Below, piece by piece: positions 39,832-51,265 of a stretch of 64,000 nt of DNA. The DNA lies in contig CAVTBV010000004.1 of NCBI GenBank assembly GCA_963733095.1, positions 20,550 to 84,549 on the forward strand, read 5' to 3'. The stretch's first letter is position 1; every line of letters begins with the position of its first letter. The notes under the pieces are model-generated. The model saw only the letters and a program-made list of their open reading frames with translations. It made no database searches and was not told where the DNA came from. A program made the position numbers and the translations under genes. This stretch comes from Candidatus Bathyarchaeota archaeon. GTDB taxonomy: Archaea; Thermoproteota; Bathyarchaeia; Bathyarchaeales; Bathycorpusculaceae.

Positions 39832-39872
39832 CTGAATTAAACTAGTTTTTAGAAAAAACTTAATTAATTCAG
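39832..39872. promoter_or_regulatory. 41-bp imperfect inverted repeat upstream of uvrB
   Basis: CTGAATTAA-ACT-AGTTTTT-AGA-AAAAACT-TAA-TTAATTCAG; 16 of 19 arm positions pair. Confidence 0.5.
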
Positions 39873-39877
39873 TCTAT

Positions 39878-41860
39878 TTGGTCATTTATAGTCGTTTATG
39901 GGGAAGCAAAGTGCAATTCGAACTTGTAGCGCCATTTCAAATCTCTCCTGGACAGCAAACTGCGGTAGAGGAGCTTGTGAAAAATTTTTCCACAAAACCC
40001 AAGCAAACACTCTTGGGCATCACGGGCAGCGGCAAAACCTTTGTTATGGCGAACGTAATCAACAAACTCCAAAAATCAACTCTAATCATCGCTCACAACA
40101 AAACGTTGGCTGCGCAGCTTTATGCGGAGTTAAAAGAGCTTTTTCCTCATAATCGTGTGGAGTATTTCATCAGTTTTTATGATTATTATCAGCCTGAATC
40201 GTATTTGCCCGCTCAAGACATGTACATCGAAAAAGACTCCACCGTCAACGAGCAGATAGAGAAGATGCGCATGCATGCGGTTTCGAGCATTGTTAGCCGA
40301 AATGACACGATCATCGTGGCGAGTATAAGTTGCATCTACAGCTTAGGCAACCCCGACGACTTCCGAACTATGGCTGCTGACCTCGAGGTCGGAAAGCAAA
40401 TTTCGCGGCAACAGCTCATCCGTGAACTTGTAGATATGCAGTATGAACGTAACGATATGGTTCTTGAGCCCGGCAGGTTCCGCGTGCGCGGCGACACAGT
40501 GGATGTTGTGCCTTCTTACGAGAACGAAATTCTGCGTGTGGAACTTGAAGGCAATGCAATTAGGAAAATAAAAGAGGTTAACCTGTTAAATGGTGATGTG
40601 AAGACTGCGCTCGACAAGTTTACGCTTTATCCTGCACGCCAGTATGTGGTACCTGAAGAGAAGCATGCCTTGGCGCTGGAGCTTATCAAACAGGAATTGG
40701 AAGCGCGGTTGCCTAGTTTGCCTCCGCTTGAAGCCCACAGGCTCAAACAACGTACCAACTATGACCTCGAGATGATAAAGGAAGTGGGGTTCTGTGCCGG
40801 CATGGAAAACTACAGTCGCCACTTCGATGGACGAAAACCCGGAGAACCTCCTTTTACGCTTATGGATTACTTCCCCAAAGATTACCTGCTAATAATCGAC
40901 GAGAGCCATCAAACCATTCCGCAAGCCCGCGCCATGTACAACGGAGACTACGCAAGAAAAAAGAATCTCGTCGACTTCGGCTTCCGGCTTCCAAGTGCTT
41001 TGGATAACCGACCGCTCATGTTTGATGAGTTTGAGAAGAAGATGGGCAAAGTCCTCTTCGTCTCCGCCACGCCAGCCGAATACGAACTGGAAAAAAGTGG
41101 TCCCCCAGTCGAATTAATCACCCGTCCCACTGGTCTTTTGGATCCTGAGGTTGAAATGCGACCAATCGAGGGGCAGATGCAGGATTTGATGGTAGAAGCC
41201 AAGAAAACCATTGAGCGTGGTGATCGCGTTTTAGTTACAACCTTGACTAAACGGATGGCTGAAGACTTAGCGGACTACCTGTCGAAGGAGGGCTTCCGTG
41301 TTAGGTATATGCACTCCGAAATCGAAAGCCTTGACCGTATCGAACTTATAAGAGAACTACGCGTAGGTGATTTCGATATCCTTGTAGGAATCAACCTGCT
41401 TAGGGAAGGCTTGGACATCCCCGAAGTCTCAACCATATTCATCTTGGATGCAGATAAAGAAGGTTTTTTGCGTGACCAACGGAGCCTAATCCAGACTATA
41501 GGGCGAGCAGCACGAAACGTAAACGGGAAGGTTATTCTCTACGCCGACATTGAAACCCAATCGATAAGGCACGCAATCGAAACTACCTATTATCGCCGCA
41601 GATTACAGAAACGCTACAATCAGCAATACGGAATCACTCCAAAAACCATCGTCAAAGGCGTCTCTCACAAAGAAAGCATCATCAAAGGAGCCAAGCACCT
41701 GCCAAAATCAGACATAAAGCGACAAATAGTCGATTTAGATGCTCAGATGCGGGAAGCAGCGGAGAAGCTTAACTTTGAACGCGCTATTGAACTGCGCGAT
41801 GCGATCGCAGAGCTCAATAAAGCACTGTCTCGTAAGCTGGAAAATGAACCTGTGCAGTAG
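39878..41860 (+). CDS. uvrB: Excinuclease ABC subunit B
   Basis: GITGSGKT, HNKTLAAQL, YYQPE, DESH, GINLLREGLD, QTIGRAARN and C-terminal FERA..LRD; start may be GTG at 39911. Confidence 0.97.
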   Translation: MVIYSRLWGSKVQFELVAPFQISPGQQTAVEELVKNFSTKPKQTLLGITGSGKTFVMANVINKLQKSTLIIAHNKTLAAQLYAELKELFPHNRVEYFISFYDYYQPESYLPAQDMYIEKDSTVNEQIEKMRMHAVSSIVSRNDTIIVASISCIYSLGNPDDFRTMAADLEVGKQISRQQLIRELVDMQYERNDMVLEPGRFRVRGDTVDVVPSYENEILRVELEGNAIRKIKEVNLLNGDVKTALDKFTLYPARQYVVPEEKHALALELIKQELEARLPSLPPLEAHRLKQRTNYDLEMIKEVGFCAGMENYSRHFDGRKPGEPPFTLMDYFPKDYLLIIDESHQTIPQARAMYNGDYARKKNLVDFGFRLPSALDNRPLMFDEFEKKMGKVLFVSATPAEYELEKSGPPVELITRPTGLLDPEVEMRPIEGQMQDLMVEAKKTIERGDRVLVTTLTKRMAEDLADYLSKEGFRVRYMHSEIESLDRIELIRELRVGDFDILVGINLLREGLDIPEVSTIFILDADKEGFLRDQRSLIQTIGRAARNVNGKVILYADIETQSIRHAIETTYYRRRLQKRYNQQYGITPKTIVKGVSHKESIIKGAKHLPKSDIKRQIVDLDAQMREAAEKLNFERAIELRDAIAELNKALSRKLENEPVQ

Positions 41861-41947
41861 GAAAATTAAGGATTTAACGCAAAAAGGTTCTAATCTACCT
41901 GAATAAACTCTTACAAAATATAATCAGATTGAACTTTGGTTTAAATT

Positions 41948-44839
41948 ATGAGAGATAACGTTTCAATTAAGGGTGCACGGGAACACAACTTAAAAAACAT
42001 CGATTTAGAGTTGCCCCGAAACAAGTTTATAGTGATTACTGGGCTTTCAGGCTCAGGAAAATCTACCCTTGCGTTTGACACGATTTACGCTGAAGGGCAG
42101 CGGCGGTATGTGGAGAGCCTAAGCGCTTATGCAAGGCAGTTTCTGGGACTTATGGATAAGCCCGATGTGGATTCGATTGAAGGATTATCACCAGCAATCT
42201 CTATCGAACAAAAGAGCACCAGCAAGAATCCACGCTCAACTGTCGGTACAGTCACCGAAATCTATGATTACCTAAGGCTTCTCTTTGCCCGAATTGGGGT
42301 TCACCACTGCCCCAAATGCGGTAGCAGCATCCACCCGCAGAGTGCAGAAAACATCACCAGCCTCATTGTGGCTGAAAAAGGAAAAACCCTCACCTTCTTA
42401 GCCCCAGTCATACGAGGCATGAAGGGAACACACGAACAGATTTTTGACGACTTAAAAAAAGAAGGCTACACCAAGATTCGGGCTGACCAAAAAATCTACG
42501 AATCCGACTCAATCAAAGAAGAAGTCAAACTAGTGCGATATGAGAAGCACTGGATAGAAGCAGTAATCGACACTGTCACCATCAGCGACGAGGAACGCTC
42601 ACGAATCGCTGAAGCCGTCGAAGGCGCCCTCAAAATGGGCAAAGGTACCATGATTGTAATTGATGCGGCCAACGCGGATGCTGGTAAGAAAAAAGAGCTG
42701 GAACGTTTCGAAGGCGAAACCATGTACAGCACCTTTGGAGCCTGTCCAAACCACCCCGAAATCGTCTTCGAAAGCCTCGAGCCCCGCATGTTCAGCTTTA
42801 ACTCGCCGTTTGGCGCTTGCCCAACTTGCCACGGCTTAGGAGAAATCACTGAGGTTACCGCCGACAAAGTAATCCCTGACCCGTGTCTTTCCATAATGGA
42901 TGGAGGTTTGGCAGTTTATAAGGGCACAATGGAACTGAGTTGGCGTGCCCAGCAGATCGCGATGGTGGGCAAAAAATACGGCTTCGACGTGTTCATGCCC
43001 CTTAAGGATTTCACTGAACAGCAGCTCCAAGTGCTCCTCTATGGCGACAAAGAACCCATTAACGGCAACTGGTCTAACGGCGCGAGCATGTGGATGCGTG
43101 ACGGCTGGGAAGGCATTATCCCACAGACTATGCGTCTTTATCGGCAGACTGAGAGTGAATGGCGCAAAGAAGACATCGAAAAATTCATGACTTCCCGTCC
43201 CTGCGGAACATGCAAGGGCAAAAAACTCCAACCAGTCGTTCTCGCCGTAAAAGTCTTGGACAAAAGCATAATCGACATAACAGACCTCTCCATCGAAGAA
43301 TCAGTTGACTTCTTCCGAGACTTGCCAGAGAGGTTAAACGAAAATGAATTGTTCATAGCCAAGCAGATTCTTAAAGAAATCAACGAGCGGCTCGGTTTTC
43401 TTAAGAACGTTGGTTTGGGTTACCTCTCGCTTTCTAGGGCTGCAAAGACTCTTTCGGGGGGTGAAGCGCAGCGTATTCGTTTGGCGACGCAGATTGGCAG
43501 CAACCTCATGGGTGTACTCTACATACTCGATGAACCCAGCATCGGCTTGCACCAGCGAGACAACGCCAAGCTTATAAGCACTCTTCAGCGACTTCGTGAC
43601 TTAGGCAACACATTAATCGTGGTGGAACACGACGAGGAAACCATGCGACATGCCGACTACATAGTTGACATGGGACCCGGCGCAGGCATCCATGGCGGCC
43701 ACATCGTAGCAGAAGGGAGTCCCCAAGAAGTAATGACGAATCCTCGCAGCCTCACAGGCAAATACCTCTCAGGAGAACTCAAAATCGAAGTGCCCACTGA
43801 GCGCCGCCAACCGATAGACTATCTCACCGTTAAAGGTGCGCAAGAAAACAACCTCAAAAACCTCAGCCTAAAGCTCCCGCTTGGCGTGCTGTGTGGAGTT
43901 ACAGGTGTTTCGGGTTCGGGGAAGAGTACGTTGATGAATTTGACAGTTATTCCTGCCTTACGCAAAATGTTCGGTGAACAAGTTGATAAAGTTGGGAAAC
44001 ATGATGGATTGGATGTTCCCTTGGTCGTACGTAACGTAATCGTTATCGACCAAGATCCGATTGGACGGACACCAAGAAGCAACCCAGCCACCTATACCAA
44101 GCTGTTTGATGAAATCCGTCGCATCTTCGCTTCCACCAAAGAAGCTAAAGCTCGGGGCTACAAAGTGGGTCGCTTCAGCTTTAACGTGAAGGGCGGCAGA
44201 TGTGAAACTTGCCAAGGTGATGGTGTTCTGCGCATAGAAATGAACTTCCTTCCTGACGTGTACGTTCAATGTAGTGAATGTAAGGGCAAGCGCTACAACA
44301 AAGAAACCCTAAGCGTGCTGTATAAAGGCAAGAACATTGCCGAAGTGCTGGATATGACGGTTGAGGAAGCGGCAAAATTCTTCGAGAACACACCAAGGGT
44401 TTCACGCAAACTCGAAACGCTGCTCGACGTTGGCTTGGGCTACATTAAGCTGGGGCAAAGCTCAACCACTCTATCAGGTGGAGAGAGCCAACGCATCAAA
44501 ATCACTCGCGAACTCAGCAAGCACAAATCGGGGCACGTTGTTTACATGCTTGATGAACCCACTACCGGCTTGCACTTTGACGACACCAAACGCCTCATTA
44601 AAGTCCTCAATCGACTAGTGGACAACGGGAACACAGTGTATATCATTGAACACAATTTGGATGTAATCAAAAGCTGCGATTACCTTATAGATTTGGGGCC
44701 TGAAGGCGGAGCCGCAGGTGGCGAACTTTTAGCACAGGGCACGCCAGAAGAAGTTTCAGAGAACTCGAGTTCGTACACTGGGATGTTCCTTAAAAGAATT
44801 CTTCATAAGCAGGCGCCGTTGATTTCGAGTAATTCTTAG
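41948..44839 (+). CDS. uvrA: Excinuclease ABC subunit A
   Basis: GAREHNLK, two Walker A ([16 protein letters not shown]), Zn fingers, LSGGE and DEP motifs. Confidence 0.97.
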   Translation: MRDNVSIKGAREHNLKNIDLELPRNKFIVITGLSGSGKSTLAFDTIYAEGQRRYVESLSAYARQFLGLMDKPDVDSIEGLSPAISIEQKSTSKNPRSTVGTVTEIYDYLRLLFARIGVHHCPKCGSSIHPQSAENITSLIVAEKGKTLTFLAPVIRGMKGTHEQIFDDLKKEGYTKIRADQKIYESDSIKEEVKLVRYEKHWIEAVIDTVTISDEERSRIAEAVEGALKMGKGTMIVIDAANADAGKKKELERFEGETMYSTFGACPNHPEIVFESLEPRMFSFNSPFGACPTCHGLGEITEVTADKVIPDPCLSIMDGGLAVYKGTMELSWRAQQIAMVGKKYGFDVFMPLKDFTEQQLQVLLYGDKEPINGNWSNGASMWMRDGWEGIIPQTMRLYRQTESEWRKEDIEKFMTSRPCGTCKGKKLQPVVLAVKVLDKSIIDITDLSIEESVDFFRDLPERLNENELFIAKQILKEINERLGFLKNVGLGYLSLSRAAKTLSGGEAQRIRLATQIGSNLMGVLYILDEPSIGLHQRDNAKLISTLQRLRDLGNTLIVVEHDEETMRHADYIVDMGPGAGIHGGHIVAEGSPQEVMTNPRSLTGKYLSGELKIEVPTERRQPIDYLTVKGAQENNLKNLSLKLPLGVLCGVTGVSGSGKSTLMNLTVIPALRKMFGEQVDKVGKHDGLDVPLVVRNVIVIDQDPIGRTPRSNPATYTKLFDEIRRIFASTKEAKARGYKVGRFSFNVKGGRCETCQGDGVLRIEMNFLPDVYVQCSECKGKRYNKETLSVLYKGKNIAEVLDMTVEEAAKFFENTPRVSRKLETLLDVGLGYIKLGQSSTTLSGGESQRIKITRELSKHKSGHVVYMLDEPTTGLHFDDTKRLIKVLNRLVDNGNTVYIIEHNLDVIKSCDYLIDLGPEGGAAGGELLAQGTPEEVSENSSSYTGMFLKRILHKQAPLISSNS

Positions 44840-44886
44840 TTCCTTTTTTCCCTTATTTTTCTGAGTGTTTTGCAGTATTCGAGAGT

Positions 44887-45627
44887 TTATAATTCGCCTC
44901 TCTTCATCCAGTCATGCGCTACTATCTCAGCTGTTCCCTTTTCGATTGCTTCAACAATCTGTTTTGCTACGTGCTCAGGCGGGTCAGCCTTCGCCCAGGC
45001 TTCATCTGCACCTTCTGAGTCTTCCTCCCAATTTTTCGTCTGTGAGCTTTTGATTGTGTTTTTGTCAAAGTCAGTCGATGTTATGTAGGGGTAGAGTACG
45101 CTAACGGATATGTTGTCGCCTTTAAGTTCCTCCCTTGCTGTTAAGCTCAGATGCGCAAGGGCCGCCTTCAAGGCTGCATAACCACCCATACCTTCCATAT
45201 GCATCAACGCAAGCCCAGAGCTAACGTTGACGATGGCACCCTCGCCTTGCTTTCGCATAAGCGGAGCCACCTCCTGCATTGCGACGAGTTGCCCCAGAAC
45301 ATCCAAGTCGAAGATATAGTGGAACACTTTGGGGTCAATCTTCATAACTGGCGCGTCATAGCCAACTCCTGCATTGTTAACCAAAATGTCTACCCGCCCA
45401 AAATGCTCATACGCCTGCTTAACCATCCTTTTAACGTCGTCAACCTTGGAGACATCAGCCTCAATGGCTAAGGCGTCAGGAAGCTGCTTAGCAAGCTTTT
45501 CAAGTTTATCTTTTGAGCGGGTAACCAAAGCTAGTTTGGCGCCTTTTTGTGAGAGCAGTTTTGCAGTGACTAATCCGATGCCCATTGATGCTCCTGTTAC
45601 GAAGGCAACTTTTCCCGCGATGTTCAT
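44887..45627 (-). CDS. Short-chain dehydrogenase/reductase
   Basis: TGASMGIG, NNAG, VSS and YAALK motifs. Confidence 0.9.
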   Translation of the reverse strand: MNIAGKVAFVTGASMGIGLVTAKLLSQKGAKLALVTRSKDKLEKLAKQLPDALAIEADVSKVDDVKRMVKQAYEHFGRVDILVNNAGVGYDAPVMKIDPKVFHYIFDLDVLGQLVAMQEVAPLMRKQGEGAIVNVSSGLALMHMEGMGGYAALKAALAHLSLTAREELKGDNISVSVLYPYITSTDFDKNTIKSSQTKNWEEDSEGADEAWAKADPPEHVAKQIVEAIEKGTAEIVAHDWMKRGEL

Positions 45628-45636
45628 CTTTATCGC

Positions 45637-46215
45637 CTAATCGATCCTTTTGAGGATTTGTGGGGAGCGTTTCTCAGGCGCTTGTGGAAAGCCATTTTTG
45701 GGGTAACCGAATATGATTGCTGCATAGACTTGGTGGTCTTCTGGAACGCCTAGATCCGCTTTGCCTTTTGGAGTATTTGCAGCTTGTACTGCAGCGCCGA
45801 TCCAGCAGCTTCCTACGCCAAGCGTGTACGCGGTAAGCATCATGTTTTGCGCCGCCATGGAACAGTCATTAACAGCAAATTGCGACTTAACACCTGAAAT
45901 AAAAATCAACAATGGTGCATCATAGAAAACATTAAACTGTGGGTTCGATAAAGCGCTCCTAAAACGGGTCAAACCCTCATCTGCAACGTCAGGCAGAGAA
46001 GACAACAAAAGAGGTTTTGCAGTATCAGAGAGACGTTTTATTTCGGATTTGTTAGTGATTATTGTAAATTTCCATGGTTGAATGTTAATGGCGGATGGTG
46101 CATAAGTTGCTGCTTCTATTATGATTTGAATTGCTGATTCAGGAACAGACTTAGCTTCGAAGCTTCGGATTGCCCGCCTCGATTTAATCACTTCCAATAC
46201 AGGATTAGATATCAT
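45637..46215 (-). CDS. Nitroreductase-family protein
   Basis: RRAIRSF, APSAINIQPW and AQNMML.A..LG.GSCW. Confidence 0.9.
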   Translation of the reverse strand: MISNPVLEVIKSRRAIRSFEAKSVPESAIQIIIEAATYAPSAINIQPWKFTIITNKSEIKRLSDTAKPLLLSSLPDVADEGLTRFRSALSNPQFNVFYDAPLLIFISGVKSQFAVNDCSMAAQNMMLTAYTLGVGSCWIGAAVQAANTPKGKADLGVPEDHQVYAAIIFGYPKNGFPQAPEKRSPQILKRID

Positions 46216-46305
46216 AAAAATCTATTTTATAGGGAAATGCGGATTATTAAAACAGTTCTCTAACGCCATTCTCTGATTTTACGGATAAAACCATTGCAGT
46301 TCAAA

Positions 46306-46734
46306 TCAGGTTTCAGAAATCGATTTAGAAACTTTTTTCTGAAGCGTAATCAAATAGGACGGCAAACTTTCAACACACTGAATTTCTCGACCAACCAGCC
46401 CCTCTAGTTCCCGCCAAAACTTTAAGTTTGCTTTGATTTTTGCAATCTCCAAGTCCTGCTGCAAGCGTTTCGTGCCTTCTTTGCCTCGGCGGTCAAAATC
46501 CAAGAGCAAAATAACCTCGCCAGACCCGACTGCTTCTATTTCTCCGGTTGCTTCAAGGAAGGATTTGCCCGCTGTCTTCACCGACAAAATTGTGCCCATA
46601 ACACCCAACTCTATCAGAGCCGACTCGTCCTTTTTGCCTTCAACAACGATGGGTTTGCCCTTCGCTGACTCTTCTATCAACTTAGAGAGGACTTGCTCTA
46701 TTTTCTCCACTCTATCCTTAAGATGCGAAGACAA
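46306..46734 (-). CDS. Small Toprim-domain protein (RNase M5/primase-like)
   Basis: VVEGKKD and LLDFDRRG motifs. Confidence 0.85.
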   Translation of the reverse strand: MSSHLKDRVEKIEQVLSKLIEESAKGKPIVVEGKKDESALIELGVMGTILSVKTAGKSFLEATGEIEAVGSGEVILLLDFDRRGKEGTKRLQQDLEIAKIKANLKFWRELEGLVGREIQCVESLPSYLITLQKKVSKSISET

Positions 46735-46739
46735 ACTCT

Positions 46740-47828
46740 TTACCTAGTAATTTTTGCCTTGCGAACCGTCTCCAAGCAGTCCTTGGCTTCCTTGTTGTTT
46801 TCGAAATAGCGCCGGACGGGCTCAAGGATTGCTGCAAGTTGGGTTGCGACACCGCTTTTGAGGTCCATTGGGTGGAGTTTGCCCTCTGAGTAGGCTAATT
46901 CAAGTTCTTGGAAGCTCTGGAAATCAACGTTTCCGCCGAATTTTGCTGGGCGCTCAATGGTGAAGACAGGTTTTTCCCTGAAAATTATGTATTTACAGAT
47001 GTCCATTATGGGGTTGAATTTTACGATTCTTTCTGGACAGAACGCTTTACTCATCTTTTGTTTAATTTCTTCAGGTGAATCGTAGATAAAGATGCATGTG
47101 TCGGGTTTGCTCTTGGACATTTTTGCTGAAGCAACTGCTTCGCGTTCCTGTCCTTCGGGAATTGGCCAGATTCCAGGTTTTGCTAAACCTTGTAGCAAAT
47201 GGTGATGAACGCAGACGGGTTTCCAACAGCCGATTTTCTCGCCGATTTCTCTACCAACCATGTTTGCTTTTCGCTGGTCCATACCTAACTGGCAAATCTT
47301 CACTTTCATCTCGAAGATGTCTGCAACCTGCATGGGCGTGTAGAGGTAGTCGGAGACGTAGTGGGCTTCGCCTTCTTTTCTGCCTGCGATTTCCAGGGTT
47401 CGGGTGGTTCGGGCTAATGTGAGATTCTTGGCGATTATGACGGTTTTTGCCCAATAATCGATGTCGCTGTAGAGTTCGTCGGAGTAGATGAATTCGATTT
47501 TGTCTCCGGGAACACCCAGTGATAGCCAGGAATGCCTAAAAAGGTCTGCAGCTTTGCGGATTAGTTCGCGATCGCCACCTAGTTTGTTGTTTAACCATGC
47601 ATGCCACGTTGCCAAAAACGCCTTGAAATGAACGCCGGCATCAGCGAAGTCTTTCATCTTGTAAGCGCAGATAACTCCAGTTCCCAAATGCGCTAACCCA
47701 GAAGGTTCCCAACCATTGTATGCGATTGGATGCTCTTCGGTCTCCAAAAGCTTGCGTAGGTCTTCAGGAGTTACCACTTCTTCTGTTGGCTGTCGGCAGA
47801 TAAGCTCAATTTTTCTTTCTAAATCCAA
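46740..47828 (-). CDS. tyrS: Tyrosine--tRNA ligase
   Basis: YNGWEPSG..HLG, YTPMQVAD, GMDQRK, KMSKS and LHPMDLK. Confidence 0.95.
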   Translation of the reverse strand: MDLERKIELICRQPTEEVVTPEDLRKLLETEEHPIAYNGWEPSGLAHLGTGVICAYKMKDFADAGVHFKAFLATWHAWLNNKLGGDRELIRKAADLFRHSWLSLGVPGDKIEFIYSDELYSDIDYWAKTVIIAKNLTLARTTRTLEIAGRKEGEAHYVSDYLYTPMQVADIFEMKVKICQLGMDQRKANMVGREIGEKIGCWKPVCVHHHLLQGLAKPGIWPIPEGQEREAVASAKMSKSKPDTCIFIYDSPEEIKQKMSKAFCPERIVKFNPIMDICKYIIFREKPVFTIERPAKFGGNVDFQSFQELELAYSEGKLHPMDLKSGVATQLAAILEPVRRYFENNKEAKDCLETVRKAKITR

Positions 47829-47908
47829 CGAATTATCAACTCAATCGTCATAGCCTAATCATACTTGGCAATTTAAGATTTTACTCACTGTGGAGAGTTT
47901 TTCTCGTT

Positions 47909-50116
47909 TTAGCTTTTTCTTTTGCTCCGACTATACATGATAACCAAGGTTGTGACTGAGAAACCTAATATGATGAGTAACACGGATGGGATAATCCATG
48001 GCGGATATTCAGGCGTGGACGGCAAATTAGCGAAAACAATGGATACTTCATGTGTGCTGAAATGGGTTGTACACCATACGTAGTAGTTGTCGCCGTCTTG
48101 CACGTATCCTTGGTCAGTGGCTACTTGACTGTCAACGTATATTGTTGGGGTTGCCCCGTTGGGTACTGCACCTTTGGGAATGGTTATGTTGCAAAAACCC
48201 CAGTTGCCGTTTTGCCCAATTATAATGAAAGAGATGTTTGTCGCTGTTTGGTTTGCGGATAAGGTGACGTTAGAGATTTGTTGAGCTGTCATATTGCTCC
48301 AAATCGGCAGTTCCACGGTGGTGTTGTCGTCTGTGGTTACTTCGATTGTCAGGATGTTAGGGGTTGGGGTTGGTGTGGAAATGTTTGTGAGAAGCGGGGT
48401 TGCTGTGGGTACGGGTGCTGGAGTTGTGGTGGGTAGCAGAGGTGATTGGGTTGGAGTCGCAGTTGCCGTAGGCGTAGGTGCAGGTGTTGGTGTAGGTATT
48501 ATGGTTGGTTCTGGGGTTGGAGTCGCCGTTGGAGTTGGTGTAGGTGATGGAGTGGGTGTAGCAGAAGGGGTTGGATTTGGTATCGATGTTGGCCTTGGGG
48601 TAATTGTTGGTTTAGGTGTCTGGGTTGGAATAGGGGTCGATGAAGGTGTGGGAGTAGGAGGGGTGGTTGGCGTGGGGGTTGGGTTAGGTGTAGGGGTTGG
48701 TGTGGTTGTTGGGGTTGGTGTGGGAGTTGGCGTTGGTGTAGAGGTTGGAGAGGGTGTAGGGGTAGGAGTTAAGGTGGGAGTAGGGGAGGGGGTCGGAGTT
48801 TTTGTGGGGGTTGGGTTAGGTGTAGGGGTTGGCGTGATTGTTGGCGTGGGAGTAGGTGTTGGTGTGGCCGTTGGATTTGGTGTTGGACTTGGTGACGGTG
48901 TTGAGCTAGGAGTAGGTGTTGGAGTAAGAGTCAGTGTTGGCGTGGGGGTCTCTGTTGGAGTCGGGGTTGGAGTGGGCGTCGGGGTATCGCTGGGTATTGG
49001 AGTCGGAGTAGGCGTTGGTTGGAAATCGCACCTTAGAGGGCTACCTAACCCCGTAACATAGTCATATCCTTCTGTTGCGTTGTAGCCGTTTGAGCCGTTG
49101 GTTATGTCTCGGAAGTAAGAGGAATAATCGGTTTTTGCTCTGGTATATAGGTTGGCGTTTGTTGCAGATTCGTTGAGGGCGTGGATTGCTGCCCACTGTG
49201 GTGTACCTGCACTTGTGCCTCCAACTGCTTCAACCCGAGAGTTCCAAACTACAATAAATCCTGTTTTAGGGTCAGCGTCGTAAGAAACGTCGGGTACACA
49301 CCGTTGGGTATTATTGAGTCCATAATTACTTTGGTATTGAGGCATACTTTCATAGGCGCTGACTCCGCCGCCGCTGCCGTTCCAACCAGTTTCGGAAATC
49401 ACTGACCCGTCTGAGCCTATGTTCAGTGTGGTTCCCCCTACAGCAACCACGTTTGGTGAACTTGCAGGCCAAATCGTTCCTGCCCCAAGGTCACCGGAGG
49501 CAGCGAAGAACACTTTTCCGTTGCTGACAAGATGTGAATCGTAGCCCAGTTGATCGTGTGATTCAGTGCTCCCCCAACTCATCGATATTGCAACCACATC
49601 TGGTCGACTGGCAGCATAATCCACCGCTGCGATTAGGTCGCTTACCGTGTTGCTGGTTGCTTCCACCAGCAGAATTTTTGCTTCAGGTGCAATAGCGTGA
49701 GCCCATTCGACATCCAAACATGTTTCCACCTGCCAGTCGACGTTTGTGCTGCTAATGTTGTCTGACATCATATGCACTTCAAAATTGCTTTCTGTGGGCA
49801 AGGGAAAGTCGAATTGGCTGGAAAACAAAGTCAAATCATGCGAGATTGTGGGGGTCTGGAAGGCGTCAATTATGGCGATTGTGGTACCATTTCCACCCGA
49901 CGAAGGCAACCCATAAGCGGCTTTTATCTGGGATGGAATATACAAGTCTGTGTAGTTGTTGGCAAAAGAATAAACACTCAGCGGAACACAGTAGAATTCG
50001 CCCAGCGATTTTGAAACCTGAATCAAACGAAATTCCAGAGTAAAACTACTGAAAACGACAAGTGCAATCGCCAAGACAGTTAAGGCACGGAACAGTAGAT
50101 GCCTCAAATCTAACAC
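47909..50116 (-). CDS. Cell-surface S53 (sedolisin-family) peptidase with Pro/Thr linker and C-terminal membrane anchor
   Basis: Signal/TM N-terminus; ETCLDVE, ASGD, PDVS, GGTSAG and GYD.VTGLG motifs; long PT repeat; PEYP plus TM plus basic tail. Confidence 0.9.
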   Translation of the reverse strand: MLDLRHLLFRALTVLAIALVVFSSFTLEFRLIQVSKSLGEFYCVPLSVYSFANNYTDLYIPSQIKAAYGLPSSGGNGTTIAIIDAFQTPTISHDLTLFSSQFDFPLPTESNFEVHMMSDNISSTNVDWQVETCLDVEWAHAIAPEAKILLVEATSNTVSDLIAAVDYAASRPDVVAISMSWGSTESHDQLGYDSHLVSNGKVFFAASGDLGAGTIWPASSPNVVAVGGTTLNIGSDGSVISETGWNGSGGGVSAYESMPQYQSNYGLNNTQRCVPDVSYDADPKTGFIVVWNSRVEAVGGTSAGTPQWAAIHALNESATNANLYTRAKTDYSSYFRDITNGSNGYNATEGYDYVTGLGSPLRCDFQPTPTPTPIPSDTPTPTPTPTPTETPTPTLTLTPTPTPSSTPSPSPTPNPTATPTPTPTPTITPTPTPNPTPTKTPTPSPTPTLTPTPTPSPTSTPTPTPTPTPTTTPTPTPNPTPTPTTPPTPTPSSTPIPTQTPKPTITPRPTSIPNPTPSATPTPSPTPTPTATPTPEPTIIPTPTPAPTPTATATPTQSPLLPTTTPAPVPTATPLLTNISTPTPTPNILTIEVTTDDNTTVELPIWSNMTAQQISNVTLSANQTATNISFIIIGQNGNWGFCNITIPKGAVPNGATPTIYVDSQVATDQGYVQDGDNYYVWCTTHFSTHEVSIVFANLPSTPEYPPWIIPSVLLIILGFSVTTLVIMYSRSKRKS
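48350..49020 (-). repeat. Degenerate (Pro-Thr)n coding repeat
   Basis: About 220 codons of TPTP-rich sequence with diversified synonymous codons. Confidence 0.9.
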
Positions 50117-50594
50117 TCCTAAAAGAATATATGCCTAACCGTTAAGGGGTTAATTATTCTATTGGTCAAAATACCCATACGACACAGGTTAAACCGTCGA
50201 ACACATTTGTAAAAAGCCGAAAAATAACAGCGACAAGTTATTTCCTCTTGATAAAAACTGCATCAATTTATGGCTTCTTTATTTCTTAAGACTCCACGCT
50301 ATTTATGAGAAAAAGCTTTTTTTACGGGCTGTTTGTCTCCCACGTAACCAAACACTTAACCTCATAGCTGAGCGTCGCTTTAAGCTTGGCTAAGCTCTCT
50401 CGGCATGGGACTTTACGCCCGACACTCACCTGTTCCATAATTGGGTAGAACTCTATCGTCATGGGTGCAAGATTTGTGTTTCTTACGTTCCTCTGTTGAG
50501 TCCGTCGTTATGGGTGCTCATTTTCGGTGAGGTAAATAACATTAGATTGGCGGTGTTGGTTAAACGTTGCTGTGTCAAAAATCGGTAAGCTTGA

Positions 50595-50671
50595 TGGGGC
50601 CGGGGCCGAGATTTGAACTCGGGCGAAAGGCTCCACAGGCCTCTATGCTGCCAAGCTACACCACCCCGGCC
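50595..50671 (-). tRNA. tRNA-His(GUG), intronless, with encoded G-1 and CCA
   Basis: Acceptor GCCGGGG/CCCCGGC; anticodon arm GAGGC-CTGTGGA-GCCTT; T arm CCGAG-TTCAAAT-CTCGG; C73 followed by CCA. Confidence 0.96.
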
Positions 50672-51265
50672 GCACTTGACTGTTTTTGCTTGGCTCGTAA
50701 CTGATGTCTGGTTTGTCCTTATTTTTGTTTTCGGAACACTTACTTATATCACAAAGAGCAAGATAACAACGACCAGAAAACCCACAGATATCGTAAAATC
50801 CTCGTTGTGCCCAGTAGATTCTCTACAGGCTCCAGCGATGGTTTGCCCTATGCGAACCCATGACAGCAGCGAAGAATATGCCTAACGTTGCAAAAAGCGC
50901 TCGCTTGGAGGGAGAATAGTTTAAGTAGATTACAATTAGGGCGCCGACTGGGAACGCCACCGCTACTACAAAGTCTGCACGGAAGGTTTCTAAGAGTGTG
51001 GGGTCAATTTAACTCAATGCTGCATCTCTCAGATTGGAGCAATTTAAATCATTTAAAATATCTAATTATTGTACTATGGGGCTTTCTAATCAGCTTCTTC
51101 CGGGCATTCCCTATTTAGCGAAACAGCATTGACCGTTAAGTACAAGGTCGTTTGAGCTCTATTTTGGCCCCCGAGCTAACAGACACACTATTTTCAGACC
51201 CAGAGCTACAAAGCATAACAAAGCATTCGCTAAAAAACAGCACTTTTCTCCAAGTAACCCCAAAC

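Noticed and set aside
48350-49020. Repeat tract as a possible CRISPR array or satellite
   Set aside because: It has 6-nt codon periodicity with synonymous variation and no repeat-spacer structure; no cas genes are present.
48294-49061. 255-aa GVGVGV-rich ORF on the + strand
   Set aside because: It is the antisense shadow of the Pro/Thr linker of the S53 protease.
50456-50517. 13-nt imperfect direct repeat (TCGTYATGGGTGC) downstream of tRNA-His
   Set aside because: Only two copies, no match to the tRNA 3' end and no integrase, so it cannot be called an att site.
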